From: an uncultured virus (IMG/VR IMGVR_UViG_3300034072_002082) | Lineage: Duplodnaviria; Heunggongvirae; Uroviricota; Caudoviricetes | IMG/VR virus record: IMGVR_UViG_3300034072_002082 | DNA: 20,000 bases | Reading direction: 5' to 3' (one strand) | Shown here: positions 7,311 through 16,294 of the stretch, piece after piece | How positions within the stretch are numbered: position 1 is the first letter of the stretch | Layout: each line of letters starts with the position of its first letter | Position numbers and translations under genes: made by a program | The notes under the pieces: model-generated | Seen by the model: the letters and a program-made list of their open reading frames with translations, nothing else | Database searches by the model: none | What the model was told of the DNA's origin: nothing

Positions 7311-7886
7311 TCAGGGAAAACGCAGGCTTTCCAGCCGCTCCTGCTCGGCTTGCGCCTCCAGTGACTTGGCATCGACCATCGAGAAGAGTTCGGAACGGAC
7401 CTTCAGAATGCCATGTCCCTTTGTGCCAGCCCTCGGCGCTCCAGCGCCGCTGCGATGGTGCACCTGGCGAACGCGCGATCGTGGCAGGACGTCCTGCATG
7501 TAGATCTCGCTGAACGTCGTGATATGCTCGCACTGGTCGATCTTGGTCTGGGGAGAAGCGCAGCTGAACAGCTCGACCATCATCTCGACCTGATGGATCG
7601 GGTAGTCGAGGCCGTTCTCGACGACGAGTGGCAATGAAACTTCCCAGCTGTTGCCGACGAACTTGCCCGACGAGCCGGTCGTATTGAGGGCAAAACTCCC
7701 GGCTACGGTATTGCTGGTGCTGAGCGTCCAGAGATACCCGCCTCCGGCAAGGGCCAGAGTGCACATTACGATAGTGCGCAGGTGAGGGTGGGACAGCTTG
7801 GCCTTGGCAGCATGCTTCAGGCGCGTGAGCGCGTCACGCCATGCGCTGGCGTCTTGCGCCGGGTCGTCGAGGGCAGGGTCGCACAT
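7311..7886 (-). CDS. Membrane-anchored hypothetical protein (191 aa)
   Basis: Start revised to ATG 7886, 1 nt after the upstream stop, with GGAGG RBS. One TM helix (IVMCTLALAGGGYLW), then a beta-rich domain with a Cys pair. Confidence 0.7.
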   Translation of the reverse strand: MCDPALDDPAQDASAWRDALTRLKHAAKAKLSHPHLRTIVMCTLALAGGGYLWTLSTSNTVAGSFALNTTGSSGKFVGNSWEVSLPLVVENGLDYPIHQVEMMVELFSCASPQTKIDQCEHITTFSEIYMQDVLPRSRVRQVHHRSGAGAPRAGTKGHGILKVRSELFSMVDAKSLEAQAEQERLESLRFP

Positions 7887-7887
7887 A

Positions 7888-9357
7888 TCAGCCCTCCTGC
7901 CCTGCGATTTGCTCGACGTCCGACCAGGCGTAAATCGCGCCAGTCTTCTCGCCAGGCACCCAGGTCTTGGGGTCAACGATCAGCAGGTGTGGCATGTGGG
8001 CAAAGGCAACGCCTTCACAGGCCATCCAGCGCATGGGCTTGCCCTCGTATTCGCCAAAGCTCCAGTCGCCGGCAAAGCCGCATGGGTGGCCACCGCCGAA
8101 CATGCCGCAGCCAGGGCCAGCCTCGAGCATGAGGAGGCCGTCCTCGGCGCCGAATGCGTGAGATTCGATGAAGTCGATCGTGCAGTCGAAGTCATCGGCG
8201 CCATAGCCGATGCTCGACAGAGCGCCGTCGATCTGCGGATTGCGGCGCGCCAGGACCTGATCCATGTCTCGCGGGGTCTGCTTAGCAGCAACCGCGGTGT
8301 CGACGATCTTCTGCGCGAGCTCGCGGACCTTCAGCGCCATCTGTGCAGACGTTGCATCGCTACGGCCTGCCCACGGGTAGTAGGCGCTAACGCCTACGAC
8401 CTTACCGGCACGCACGAATGCACGCCATTCGGCTGGCCACGCGCCGGGGATGTCCAGAGGGCTGCCAGCGCGGTGCGGATCGCGCCCTTCAATCCAGCGA
8501 TCAGCCACTACCCATGGCCGCGCGAGGAAGGCGATCGGCACAGTGTCATTGCGGCAGTACAGGGACATCGTGCGATGATCCTGAATGTCGATGCGCCGGC
8601 GGTTGCCGGTGCGCACCCAGCCGGGCCCGATCTCAAGGTCGGGGCCAAAGCGGACCTCGGGAATGAAGGTCTCGGTGACGCCGCAGCCGGCGAGCGCCTT
8701 GAGATTGTCGCCGCCACATATGCTGGAGCGGATCATCCAGCCTTCGGGCACGTCGTCCATGGCGCTGTGCAGGCGATCGATGGCGCTGTGCAGATCGACA
8801 GGGATGGCATCGCCGAAGTTCGCTGCCATTTCGGCGCGCTCTTCTGGGCTGTAATCGTTCTCGAGGCCATTGCGGATGGCATCGAGCGTGCGGGCAATGC
8901 GCGTGTTGTCGCGGTCAAGGCCGTAGAGGCCAACAAGGCCAGAGTATTCCTCGGCCGTGAACGAGGCGATCTCGCGCGCCGGGATAGCAGGGACGTTGGC
9001 AGTCTGGGCAATGGCGAGCCAGTTGCGCAGGTCGCACGCATCAAAGCGGCCCGCTTCGCCCATGGCGACACGGGTGTGATCCAGCCAGGTCGAAGCTTCG
9101 GCTATCTGGGAGGCTTCGACTTCAGCCATGCCATCCATGGCCTTGCGCAGCTCACCGGGATTGCGAGCGATCTTGGCAGCGCCAACGATCAGGCGGCGCA
9201 CATCGCTGTCCTGCGAGCGCTGGGCACCCATCTGGGTGATGCCGACCAGCGCCTGGCGCAACCGATCCATGATCGGCTTGGGCATGTTTGGCTCAAGGGT
9301 CGAGGGCGCTGCCTTGCGCGCAGTGGGCAGAAGGGACCGGAGACGGGGACGACGCAT
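7888..9357 (-). CDS. Putative ATP-grasp protein, Cdc123/R2K-like
   Basis: Start probably 9357 or 9360 (GAGGA RBS). Motifs WMIRSS, EWRAFVRAGKVVGVSAYY, TIDF and LLMLEAGP resemble the Cdc123-type E.R.FV...GIS / D / LIE.NP pattern. The CDS is solid; the family call is tentative. Confidence 0.55.
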   Translation of the reverse strand: MRRPRLRSLLPTARKAAPSTLEPNMPKPIMDRLRQALVGITQMGAQRSQDSDVRRLIVGAAKIARNPGELRKAMDGMAEVEASQIAEASTWLDHTRVAMGEAGRFDACDLRNWLAIAQTANVPAIPAREIASFTAEEYSGLVGLYGLDRDNTRIARTLDAIRNGLENDYSPEERAEMAANFGDAIPVDLHSAIDRLHSAMDDVPEGWMIRSSICGGDNLKALAGCGVTETFIPEVRFGPDLEIGPGWVRTGNRRRIDIQDHRTMSLYCRNDTVPIAFLARPWVVADRWIEGRDPHRAGSPLDIPGAWPAEWRAFVRAGKVVGVSAYYPWAGRSDATSAQMALKVRELAQKIVDTAVAAKQTPRDMDQVLARRNPQIDGALSSIGYGADDFDCTIDFIESHAFGAEDGLLMLEAGPGCGMFGGGHPCGFAGDWSFGEYEGKPMRWMACEGVAFAHMPHLLIVDPKTWVPGEKTGAIYAWSDVEQIAGQEG

Positions 9358-9428
9358 CACTTTTCCTCTGTCAGTCGGACAATCGCAATCGATCACCGGC
9401 GATCTTTCAATCCGTCGTGAGACGGGCT

Positions 9429-9469
9429 CCCACGCGAAGAGGGCGGACTGGTGTCCGCCCTCTCGTGGG
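9429..9469 (-). terminator. Stem-loop downstream of clpP
   Basis: cccacg...agagggcggac-tggt-gtccgccctct-cgtggg inverted repeat. Confidence 0.5.
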
Positions 9470-9478
9470 TGCTCGGCT

Positions 9479-10111
9479 TCAGGCGGCCAGCGGCTCGCCC
9501 GGCTCAGGACGCTTGTCGATCACGCGATCGACGAGGCCGAAGGCAAGAGCCTCGTCGGCTTCGAAGAAGCTGTCGCGGTCCATGCGGCGTTCGATCTCGT
9601 CGAGCGGCTGGCCCGTGTACTGGGCGTAGTAGCCGTTCATGCGCGAACGGATCCGCAAGATTTCCTTGGCCTGGATCTCGATATCCGAGGCCATGCCGCG
9701 TGCGCCGCCCGACGGCTGGTGGATCATGATCCGGGCATTGGGCAGCGCCATGCGCATGCCGGGCTCGCCGGCGGCCAGCAGGAAGCTGCCCATCGAGGCT
9801 GCCTGGCCGATGCAGATGGTCGCGACCTTCGGGCGAATGAAGTTCATGGTGTCGTGGATCGCCATGCCAGCCGTCACCACGCCGCCGGGCGAATTGATGT
9901 ACATCGCGATGTCCTTGGTCGGATTTTCCGATTCCAGGAAGAGCAACTGGGCGCAGATCACGGCAGCCATGTTGTCCTCAACGCCACCGTTCACGAAGAT
10001 GATGCGCTCGCGCAGCAGGCGCGAAAAGATGTCAAAGCTGCGTTCACCGCGGCTCGACTGCTCGATGACCATCGGGATCAGGGCATTGGTAGCGTCGTGA
10101 TTATCGTACAA
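9479..10111 (-). CDS. clpP: ATP-dependent Clp protease proteolytic subunit
   Basis: [35 protein letters not shown], catalytic Ser in QAASMG, His in MIHQP, Asp in DRD. TTG start with AAGGA RBS. Confidence 0.96.
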   Translation of the reverse strand: MYDNHDATNALIPMVIEQSSRGERSFDIFSRLLRERIIFVNGGVEDNMAAVICAQLLFLESENPTKDIAMYINSPGGVVTAGMAIHDTMNFIRPKVATICIGQAASMGSFLLAAGEPGMRMALPNARIMIHQPSGGARGMASDIEIQAKEILRIRSRMNGYYAQYTGQPLDEIERRMDRDSFFEADEALAFGLVDRVIDKRPEPGEPLAA

Positions 10112-10213
10112 ATTTCATATCCTTCAATGGAGGCGGGATTTATTCCCACTCATGTTTTTCGCTTTATGCCCGGGCAGGTGAGATGGCAGCTCGGCAGGCC
10201 GTCGAAGCTGGTG

Positions 10214-10870
10214 TCAGGTGGATGCAGGAGGCTTGCCGAGCAGCCGCAAGGCTTCGATCGGGCTGATATCTCCAGGCCGAAGAGTGACCAGCAACGGGTG
10301 GATTGTGACCGAGACACCCGGCGAGCAGTAGGTGCAGGTGATGTGAGCTGCACCGGGTCCTTCCTGAGGCTCAGTACCCCATGGATAGGGCGCTTCCATC
10401 GTCACGGAATCTCCGCTTCCGAGCACTTCCACCAAGGCTTCCTTGCGCAATGCCTCATAGGCCTGCTTGCCGGGCTCAGGGGCGAGAACAGCTTGCAGCG
10501 CACTGCTGAAGAAGCGAGCGATGCTGGCGAAGGTTTGGTGGGTGCACCGGGAGACACGACCGTCAATGTCGAGGAGGCATTGGCGCTGGTCCTTCTCGAT
10601 GACCAGTCGGACCAGGTCCCAGTCGACGTAGAGCTTGGCCGCAAGGCCGCTCGCCTCGTCGCTGTATGTCCAGGTCTTCTCGCAAGGCCCATTACGCTCC
10701 AGCGCGATCTTGGGAGCACTGGGAGCGTCGCTAATAGCGATGAGGTCATCGAGACGGGCCAGGGCCTCTCGTGCCGCTTCCTGAGCGCTCTCGAGTGAAC
10801 GGCCCGGCTCCGGAAAGACATGAAGCGAAACGCCTTGCGTGCTCATGTCTGTGACATAGGGATAGGGCAT
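10214..10870 (-). CDS. Hypothetical protein
   Basis: 218-aa co-oriented ORF starting 6 nt after the upstream stop. Confidence 0.6.
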   Translation of the reverse strand: MPYPYVTDMSTQGVSLHVFPEPGRSLESAQEAAREALARLDDLIAISDAPSAPKIALERNGPCEKTWTYSDEASGLAAKLYVDWDLVRLVIEKDQRQCLLDIDGRVSRCTHQTFASIARFFSSALQAVLAPEPGKQAYEALRKEALVEVLGSGDSVTMEAPYPWGTEPQEGPGAAHITCTYCSPGVSVTIHPLLVTLRPGDISPIEALRLLGKPPAST

Positions 10871-10876
10871 GCGCGA

Positions 10877-11266
10877 TCAGGCCGGGATCATGACGGTCTT
10901 GGTGGTGCGCATCAGGCGCTCCTTGCCCACTGTGGGCGTAGCTGTGAGCACAACATAAGGCTCAGCCGGGTCCAGCCGGACATGATCGGGCGGGTAGGGG
11001 ACCAGCGAGCAGGGACGACCATCGGCCAGCGGGATCGTCGCGACCTGGTTGTAGCCTGCCCGGAAAGCACGGGCGCCCCAGTCGGCGGCGGCCGTGGCGA
11101 CAAGGAACTGGTCGACATCGCGGCCCGGCGTCTCACCAGGGAAAGCCTCGAGGAGGCAGTAGCGCAGGTGGTTGCCCGCCTCGATACCGGTTGCATCAAA
11201 GGCAGTGTCGACATGAGCGTCGAGCAGAATGGTGTCGGCGTGCTTGATCTGGATCTGCAGACGCAT
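10877..11266 (-). CDS. Hypothetical protein
   Basis: 129-aa ORF with GAGGA RBS, co-oriented. Confidence 0.65.
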   Translation of the reverse strand: MRLQIQIKHADTILLDAHVDTAFDATGIEAGNHLRYCLLEAFPGETPGRDVDQFLVATAAADWGARAFRAGYNQVATIPLADGRPCSLVPYPPDHVRLDPAEPYVVLTATPTVGKERLMRTTKTVMIPA

Positions 11267-11311
11267 GGAACTGTCCTCGACTTTTGAGGGGAAAGGGGAA
11301 TGGCCTGACGT

Positions 11312-11878
11312 TCAACGTCCGTCGAGTGGAAGCTCAAGCATCCCCAATCGGACCTTGGTCGCCCCTACCGAACATCCGATGTGATCTGCAATCTGAAATA
11401 TGGACATGCCAGATGCAGAAAGTCGGCGCATCTTGTCTCCGCACATGAGAATGTCGGCGGCGATGCGATTAGCCTGCTGCTCATGCTTGATCTCGATATA
11501 TGGGTTGAGCAACGCGACCATCGGCTGGCGATACTTGTTGCTGTCATAGACACCCGACATCTCGCCATTCTTGAGGATGAGGTCGCGATGCAGGAGGTAG
11601 TGAGCGATCTCGTGGGCGATGGTGAAGCGCTGCCTGTTCTTGTCGGCTGTCGGGTTGACCCCGATCGACCACTTGCCGCCAAGACACGTGAGGCAGCCGG
11701 CAATCTCGGTGCTGAAGGATGGGCGCCGGATTTCGATACCGAGCTGGTCTGCGAGAGCTTCGACGTCCGTGTAATCGGCATCCTTTGCCTGGCGAACGAA
11801 AGCGAGGTCTGACCGCGGCGGGTCTTCGTTGGCGGGCATGTGCGTGGGTGCCTTGGTCTTGAACAGAAAGCCGAGCAT
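11312..11878 (-). CDS. ImmA/IrrE (DUF955) family zinc metallopeptidase
   Basis: RQRFTIAHEIAHYLLH (HExxH) and EQQANRIAADILM, plus C-terminal HTH-like SIFQIADHIGCSVGATKVRL. Start ATG 11878 with AAAGGA RBS. Confidence 0.88.
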   Translation of the reverse strand: MLGFLFKTKAPTHMPANEDPPRSDLAFVRQAKDADYTDVEALADQLGIEIRRPSFSTEIAGCLTCLGGKWSIGVNPTADKNRQRFTIAHEIAHYLLHRDLILKNGEMSGVYDSNKYRQPMVALLNPYIEIKHEQQANRIAADILMCGDKMRRLSASGMSIFQIADHIGCSVGATKVRLGMLELPLDGR

Positions 11879-11934
11879 GATTTTCCTTTTCTGAGGGGCG
11901 AGTTGCATTCACAGGCCTTAATCATCGCGAAGCG

Positions 11935-11966
11935 AAAACCCCGCCCCGCCAGAGGCGAAGCGGGGT
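11935..11966 (-). terminator. Rho-independent terminator
   Basis: Minus strand ACCCCGCTTCGCC-TCT-GGCGGGGCGGGGT followed by TTT. Confidence 0.7.
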
Positions 11967-11996
11967 CTCCATTTTCCGAGGTGGAGTCCCGGAAAA

Positions 11997-12293
11997 TCAG
12001 GCTGCGGCAGCTGCGGCGGCCGGCTTGCGGCGGGCGCGGCGCGGGCCGAGGATCTTGAGGTTCTTGTAACCGTCCCATTCGGCGGTCACGGTGATCTCGC
12101 GGCCGGGCTTCAGGAGCTTGACGACGCTGGCGCGCTCCTTGTCAAAAGCCATGATGTTGATGCCCTGGAGGACACTTCCGTCCTTCTTCAGGACGCTGCC
12201 GAGGGTACGGCTGTAGGGCTTGCCCTTCGACTTGCCCTTGCTGATGGTGCCGGTCGAGACGGTTTCGCCGAGCTTGATCTTGATCTGGAACAT
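11997..12293 (-). CDS. Small basic protein, possible OB-fold nucleic-acid-binding protein (98 aa)
   Basis: Start revised to ATG 12293 (AAAGGA RBS). Lys/Arg-rich with beta-strand pattern INIMAF...LKPGREITVTAEW and an Arg/Ala tail. Confidence 0.6.
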   Translation of the reverse strand: MFQIKIKLGETVSTGTISKGKSKGKPYSRTLGSVLKKDGSVLQGINIMAFDKERASVVKLLKPGREITVTAEWDGYKNLKILGPRRARRKPAAAAAAA

Positions 12294-12487
12294 GGTGCTA
12301 TCCTTTTTGCTGCACATTCTTTCCCGAAATTGGGAACATCCAGACCTGCCCCACTCACAGACCTGGCGGATTTCAGACGCCAAGAAGGTACCGTCATCCA
12401 CATTGCAGACGTGGGGATCGGCGGCGCGCAGCGGCACACCGGGGTGCAGAGCATCCCTTGGGAAAACAGGGCTAGCCCTGACCAGGG

Positions 12488-13036
12488 TTAGAAGGCGATG
12501 CCCATGGAGAGCTTTTCAATCACGGGCATCTGACGGGCCTTGGTGGCAGGTTCGACAAGCACCTGGCACAGGCTGCCCCGCATGGCGGCGATCTTGAGAG
12601 CTGCCATCGCCATCTCGCTTCTCGCCACCAGTGGGTCGTAGCGCGTATCAAAGGCGAGCACGGCCACGACGAGCTCGGCACCCTTCTTGGTCACGCGATC
12701 ATCCAGGATCTCTATCCGTCCGTTGATGCGCGCCGGAACGTCCCTGCCGGAGATGGTGACAACCTTCTCGGACACCACGCCTTCGCGGCGATCAGCATGG
12801 CTGAACAGGTCCTCGGCCTGCGCGCGCGCCGACTTGCGATAGGGGCTGGCAGGAATGGTCAGCAGGGCGGTCAGGACATCGCCCAGGCTCAGTCCCTCTG
12901 CCTCAAGGATGCGCGACACGCCTTCCATGGCGGCCGCGCGCTCACCATCCTGTGGCGATCCCAAGAGAGCCCATGCTGATTGCAGGCGCTTGGCGCCAAA
13001 TGCGCGTCTTACCGACGACGCAATGTCCTTGGACAT
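12488..13036 (-). CDS. Hypothetical protein
   Basis: 182-aa ORF with GGGGGA RBS and N-terminal LLGSPQDGERAAA motif. Confidence 0.7.
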   Translation of the reverse strand: MSKDIASSVRRAFGAKRLQSAWALLGSPQDGERAAAMEGVSRILEAEGLSLGDVLTALLTIPASPYRKSARAQAEDLFSHADRREGVVSEKVVTISGRDVPARINGRIEILDDRVTKKGAELVVAVLAFDTRYDPLVARSEMAMAALKIAAMRGSLCQVLVEPATKARQMPVIEKLSMGIAF

Positions 13037-13093
13037 GAAAATCCCCCGCCGGAGATGTCCGGCGAGGGAAGTATGGACGCGCAGGGAGAGGGG

Positions 13094-13582
13094 TCAAGCA
13101 CAGATCGGTTGGGGACCCCAGCCGCACATCGCTTCGAGCGAGGTGAGCGCCTTGCGATGGCGAATGCCGATCCAGCTGGCAACGCCTTCCGGGACGTTCA
13201 GCGTCATCTTGGCGTCGCAGCACCGGCTGGCGAGGACATAGCCCTCGTTGCGCAGGTGCTTGAGCGCAAAGCGATCGCGCAGCGGCGCAGCAGCGATCTT
13301 GTTGGGGATCGGCTGGTGGATGGGCTGCGAGCGGTGCTCGATGGCCTCGACCAGGCTCCAGGCGTCGACCGTGATCGTGGTCGGGCCGGTCTTGTCGGCG
13401 CAGAGCGGGCCAACACGGTGGAGCATCGCGCGGATCGAGACCTCGTCCAACGTGATGGGGCGGCCGGCACTGTCGTCGCAGAGGTGGACCGAGCCGCAGG
13501 TGGTGTCGCCGGGGAAGATCAGATCCATCGGGGTCAGCGTGCCCCAGGTGATCTTGGTGATGATGTTGCGCAGGGCCTTCAT
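13094..13582 (-). CDS. Hypothetical protein (162 aa)
   Basis: Start revised to ATG 13582 to avoid overlap with the upstream gene; co-oriented. Confidence 0.55.
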   Translation of the reverse strand: MKALRNIITKITWGTLTPMDLIFPGDTTCGSVHLCDDSAGRPITLDEVSIRAMLHRVGPLCADKTGPTTITVDAWSLVEAIEHRSQPIHQPIPNKIAAAPLRDRFALKHLRNEGYVLASRCCDAKMTLNVPEGVASWIGIRHRKALTSLEAMCGWGPQPICA

Positions 13583-13634
13583 GTCGGTGCTTTCGAAAAT
13601 TTTAGGGCAGGGCAGGGCTGAGGGGCGAAGACCG

Positions 13635-13985
13635 TCAGGCGGCCAGCGCGAGGCCTCGGGCGGGGCCATTGTCCTCAAAGAGGCTCTGATGCCGGCAGAG
13701 CAGCTCGTAGCCATGGGTGATCACGTGGCGCGGGTTGCTGTCATTGCCGCGAATTGCGGTACGGACGTAGTAGCCGATCATGACCGCCACCTCGCTGATG
13801 CGATCTTCAAGGCTCATGGTCGGCCATGCCTTGCGCAGGTTGCCGACGCGGTTGGGTTCGTGGCGCGATGCCTTGAACCAGCCGAGGGAGATCGGCATGT
13901 CGCCGGCGCTGCCGCCGTCGGCGATCGCGATTGCGTCGAGTGCAGTCTGGTACTGCTCGGCGGTGAAGCGATGAACTTGTGACAT
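13635..13985 (-). CDS. Hypothetical protein (116 aa)
   Basis: Start revised to ATG 13985 (GAGGA RBS). Confidence 0.55.
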   Translation of the reverse strand: MSQVHRFTAEQYQTALDAIAIADGGSAGDMPISLGWFKASRHEPNRVGNLRKAWPTMSLEDRISEVAVMIGYYVRTAIRGNDSNPRHVITHGYELLCRHQSLFEDNGPARGLALAA

Positions 13986-14287
13986 GTCCAATTTCCTCTG
14001 ACGGATTTGCCTACCCATGCTCAGTCCGGAAATTTCCTGGCGGACGGCTTGTCGGACGCCCTTGCCATGCGGCTGCGAACGGGCTTCCAGCAGAATGCTG
14101 CGCATGGCTGCTTGCAACCATAAAAGGGTAGAGGGGGGTGCTACCCTTGACACATCTATTCCGAATAGCCCGTAAACCAGCGTTTGAAATCAGTTGTCGC
14201 GGAAGAGGCACTTAGTCCTAAAAAACAGCGACAATTCCTGATCCCCGGTCCATTTGACCAGACGATTTGAGCTACGCAGAACACACG

Positions 14288-14322
14288 AAAAAGCCCGGCA
14301 GCAACGGGGCTACCGGGCTCTT
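14288..14322 (-). terminator. Rho-independent terminator after the pilin-like cluster
   Basis: Minus strand AGCCCGGTAGC-CCCGTT-GCTGCCGGGCT followed by TTTT. Confidence 0.75.
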
Positions 14323-14340
14323 ATGGTGCAAGTTCCAAAC

Positions 14341-14868
14341 TTAGATCTTGTGATAGGCGTAGAAGCCTGCGCTCGCGTGCTGGAAACAGCCGTAGTTTGT
14401 TGTCCAGCTGCTAGGCACAAGGGTCCGGTTTGTCGTCTGGAAAAGATCCGTTGCTGCGATCTGACCAGACTGGCGCTGGATCGAGTCACAAACTGCCTTG
14501 GCTTCGGCGTTCGTCAATGTACCCAGCAAAGTCACGGCACCCGTAGCCGGGTTCGATCCGCTGGTAGCACCTGCAGCATCGACCAACTGCATGTTCACCG
14601 TATCCGTGATCGGATTGACAGGTGCTGCCTTCAGGAAGCGCGGGATCAGCGTCGTGCTTGTGGTGAGCGTTTCAGCCGTACGCGGCGCGCCGGTCTTGAT
14701 GTTTGACATAGAGACAGCGCTGGCCGTTTGGACAAGGCCCTGAACGATCGAAGCAGCCTTCGTATCGTTGTTGGCGGACTTGAAGTCGTCGCCGAGCAAA
14801 AGTGCGCCAGCAAGCGCAAGCCCGATGAACAAAATAACGCCGATGATTCCGATGAGCACGTTAGACAT
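14341..14868 (-). CDS. Type IV pilin-like protein without a class III leader (copy C, ATG start)
   Basis: Long hydrophobic N-terminal helix MSNVLIGIIGVILFIGLALAGALLLG, amphipathic continuation, LIPRFLK.AP.NP and a C-terminal Cys pair. Confidence 0.7.
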   Translation of the reverse strand: MSNVLIGIIGVILFIGLALAGALLLGDDFKSANNDTKAASIVQGLVQTASAVSMSNIKTGAPRTAETLTTSTTLIPRFLKAAPVNPITDTVNMQLVDAAGATSGSNPATGAVTLLGTLTNAEAKAVCDSIQRQSGQIAATDLFQTTNRTLVPSSWTTNYGCFQHASAGFYAYHKI

Positions 14869-14909
14869 GGTGATGTTCCCCCCGAGCGCACATCAGCGCA
14901 CGTAATGCA

Positions 14910-14938
14910 CGGCTAATCCCACATTAAACGGACGTCAA
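14910..14938 (-). promoter_or_regulatory. Internal sigma70-type promoter for pilin-like copy C
   Basis: TTGACG-N17-TAGCCG. Confidence 0.5.
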
Positions 14939-14987
14939 CATGATTTGTAGGAGGGTCGCATCGAACATGCAGATGCATCGCCTGAGG

Positions 14988-15506
14988 TTAGAGCTTGTGG
15001 ATGCCGTAGTAGATCCCATTCCACAGCTTCACGCAGCCCGTCTCGGTCGTCCAGGTTGCAGCCTGAAGGTTTTTGTAGGCGCTGTCGAATGGCGCGGTAG
15101 GAGCGATCTGACCACTTTGCCGCTGGATGGACTCGCACACATTCTTGGCTTCGTCGGTATCTCCAAGCGGCATGATTACTCCGACGGCTGCGCCGCTGGA
15201 CGCATTCCCCCAAACATCACCCAAAATGATGTTCGGGGTATTGGTCACCGGGTTGACCGGTGCGACCTTCATGAAGCGCGGAATGAGCTGGCTGGTGTCT
15301 GTGAGGTTTTCAGCCCGTTTGGTGCCACCGGTCTTGAGCTTGTACATCTGGACAGCGTTTGCCGTCTGGTTCATGGCCTGGACGACGGCAGCGCCCTTGG
15401 TGTCGTTGTTGGCTGACTTGAAGTCATCGCCGAGCAACAATGCGCCGGCCAGAGCCAACCCAATGAAAAGCACGACGCCGATGATGCCGATGAGAACGTT
15501 AGACAA
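14988..15506 (-). CDS. Type IV pilin-like protein (copy B, TTG start)
   Basis: Paralog of 14341..14868 with AAAGG RBS. Confidence 0.7.
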   Translation of the reverse strand: MSNVLIGIIGVVLFIGLALAGALLLGDDFKSANNDTKGAAVVQAMNQTANAVQMYKLKTGGTKRAENLTDTSQLIPRFMKVAPVNPVTNTPNIILGDVWGNASSGAAVGVIMPLGDTDEAKNVCESIQRQSGQIAPTAPFDSAYKNLQAATWTTETGCVKLWNGIYYGIHKL

Positions 15507-15590
15507 GGCCGGGCCTTTCTGAAGCTGGAATAAGGTCGCCCTCCTGCCCTCAGGGGTAGCAAGCGGGCGAAAGCCTTGGCTTGAGCGCGA

Positions 15591-16112
15591 TCAGAGCTTT
15601 GCGTAGGCGTAATAGCCGGAATTGGCGCTATTACGCAGGCAGCCGACCAAGCTCGTCCAATTGGTTACCGTCAGGTTCCGCCCGGTGTTGTCGAAAGCAG
15701 CGGTCGGGGCGATCTGTCCGCTCTGGCGCTGGATGGACTCGCATACGTTCTTGGCCTCGTCGTTATACCCGAGCAGCATGTGGACGCCGCTGGCAGGGTT
15801 CGAATTGACGTTGCCGTTCTGGTCGCCAAGGGTGATGCCGGTGGCCTTGGTGACTGGATTGATCGGCGCTGCTTTCAAGAAGCGCGGGATCATCGCACTT
15901 GTGCCAGTGATGTTTTCGGCAGACTTCTTCGTGCCCGTCTTGATCGTGTACATCGAGACCGCGCTGGTGGTCTGGCTCATGGCCTGGACGACGGCGGCAG
16001 CCTTGGTGTCGCTGTTCGCCGCCTTGAAGTCGTCGCCGAGCAGCAGGGCCCCGGCAAGGGCAAGGCCGATGAACAGAATCACGCCGATGATCCCGATCAA
16101 CACATTTGACAC
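15591..16112 (-). CDS. Type IV pilin-like protein (copy A, GTG start)
   Basis: Start revised to GTG 16112 (GGGGGA RBS), which gives the same MSNVLIGIIG N-terminus as the paralogs. Confidence 0.7.
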   Translation of the reverse strand: MSNVLIGIIGVILFIGLALAGALLLGDDFKAANSDTKAAAVVQAMSQTTSAVSMYTIKTGTKKSAENITGTSAMIPRFLKAAPINPVTKATGITLGDQNGNVNSNPASGVHMLLGYNDEAKNVCESIQRQSGQIAPTAAFDNTGRNLTVTNWTSLVGCLRNSANSGYYAYAKL

Positions 16113-16157
16113 GTTCGATTCCCCCCGGAAGCGCAAAATAGCTCTGAATTGGACATA

Positions 16158-16186
16158 GGTCTAATCGAACGTCCGTCCCGGGTCAA
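16158..16186 (-). promoter_or_regulatory. sigma70-type promoter for the pilin-like cluster
   Basis: TTGACC-N17-TAGACC. Confidence 0.55.
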
Positions 16187-16262
16187 TACTTTCGATATAG
16201 AGGTCCCCGGAATCCGGGGGTTCCGCCGGGCAGGGGAGGGCTTTGCTCTCGAACCCGGCATG

Positions 16263-16294
16263 AAAAAAGCCCCACCAGTGGAGCTGGTGGGGCT
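16263..16294 (-). terminator. Rho-independent terminator
   Basis: Minus strand AGCCCCACCAG-CTCCA-CTGGTGGGGCT followed by TTTTT. Confidence 0.8.

Noticed and set aside
7798..10798. Long plus-strand ORFs of 540 aa and 556 aa
   Set aside because: They are antisense shadows of clpP and the ATP-grasp-like gene, common in GC-rich DNA, with no motifs.
14341..16112. Shufflon, DGR or silent-cassette antigenic variation system
   Set aside because: All three copies are full length and co-oriented with RBSs. No invertase, reverse transcriptase, inverted recombination sites or adenine-specific variation were seen.
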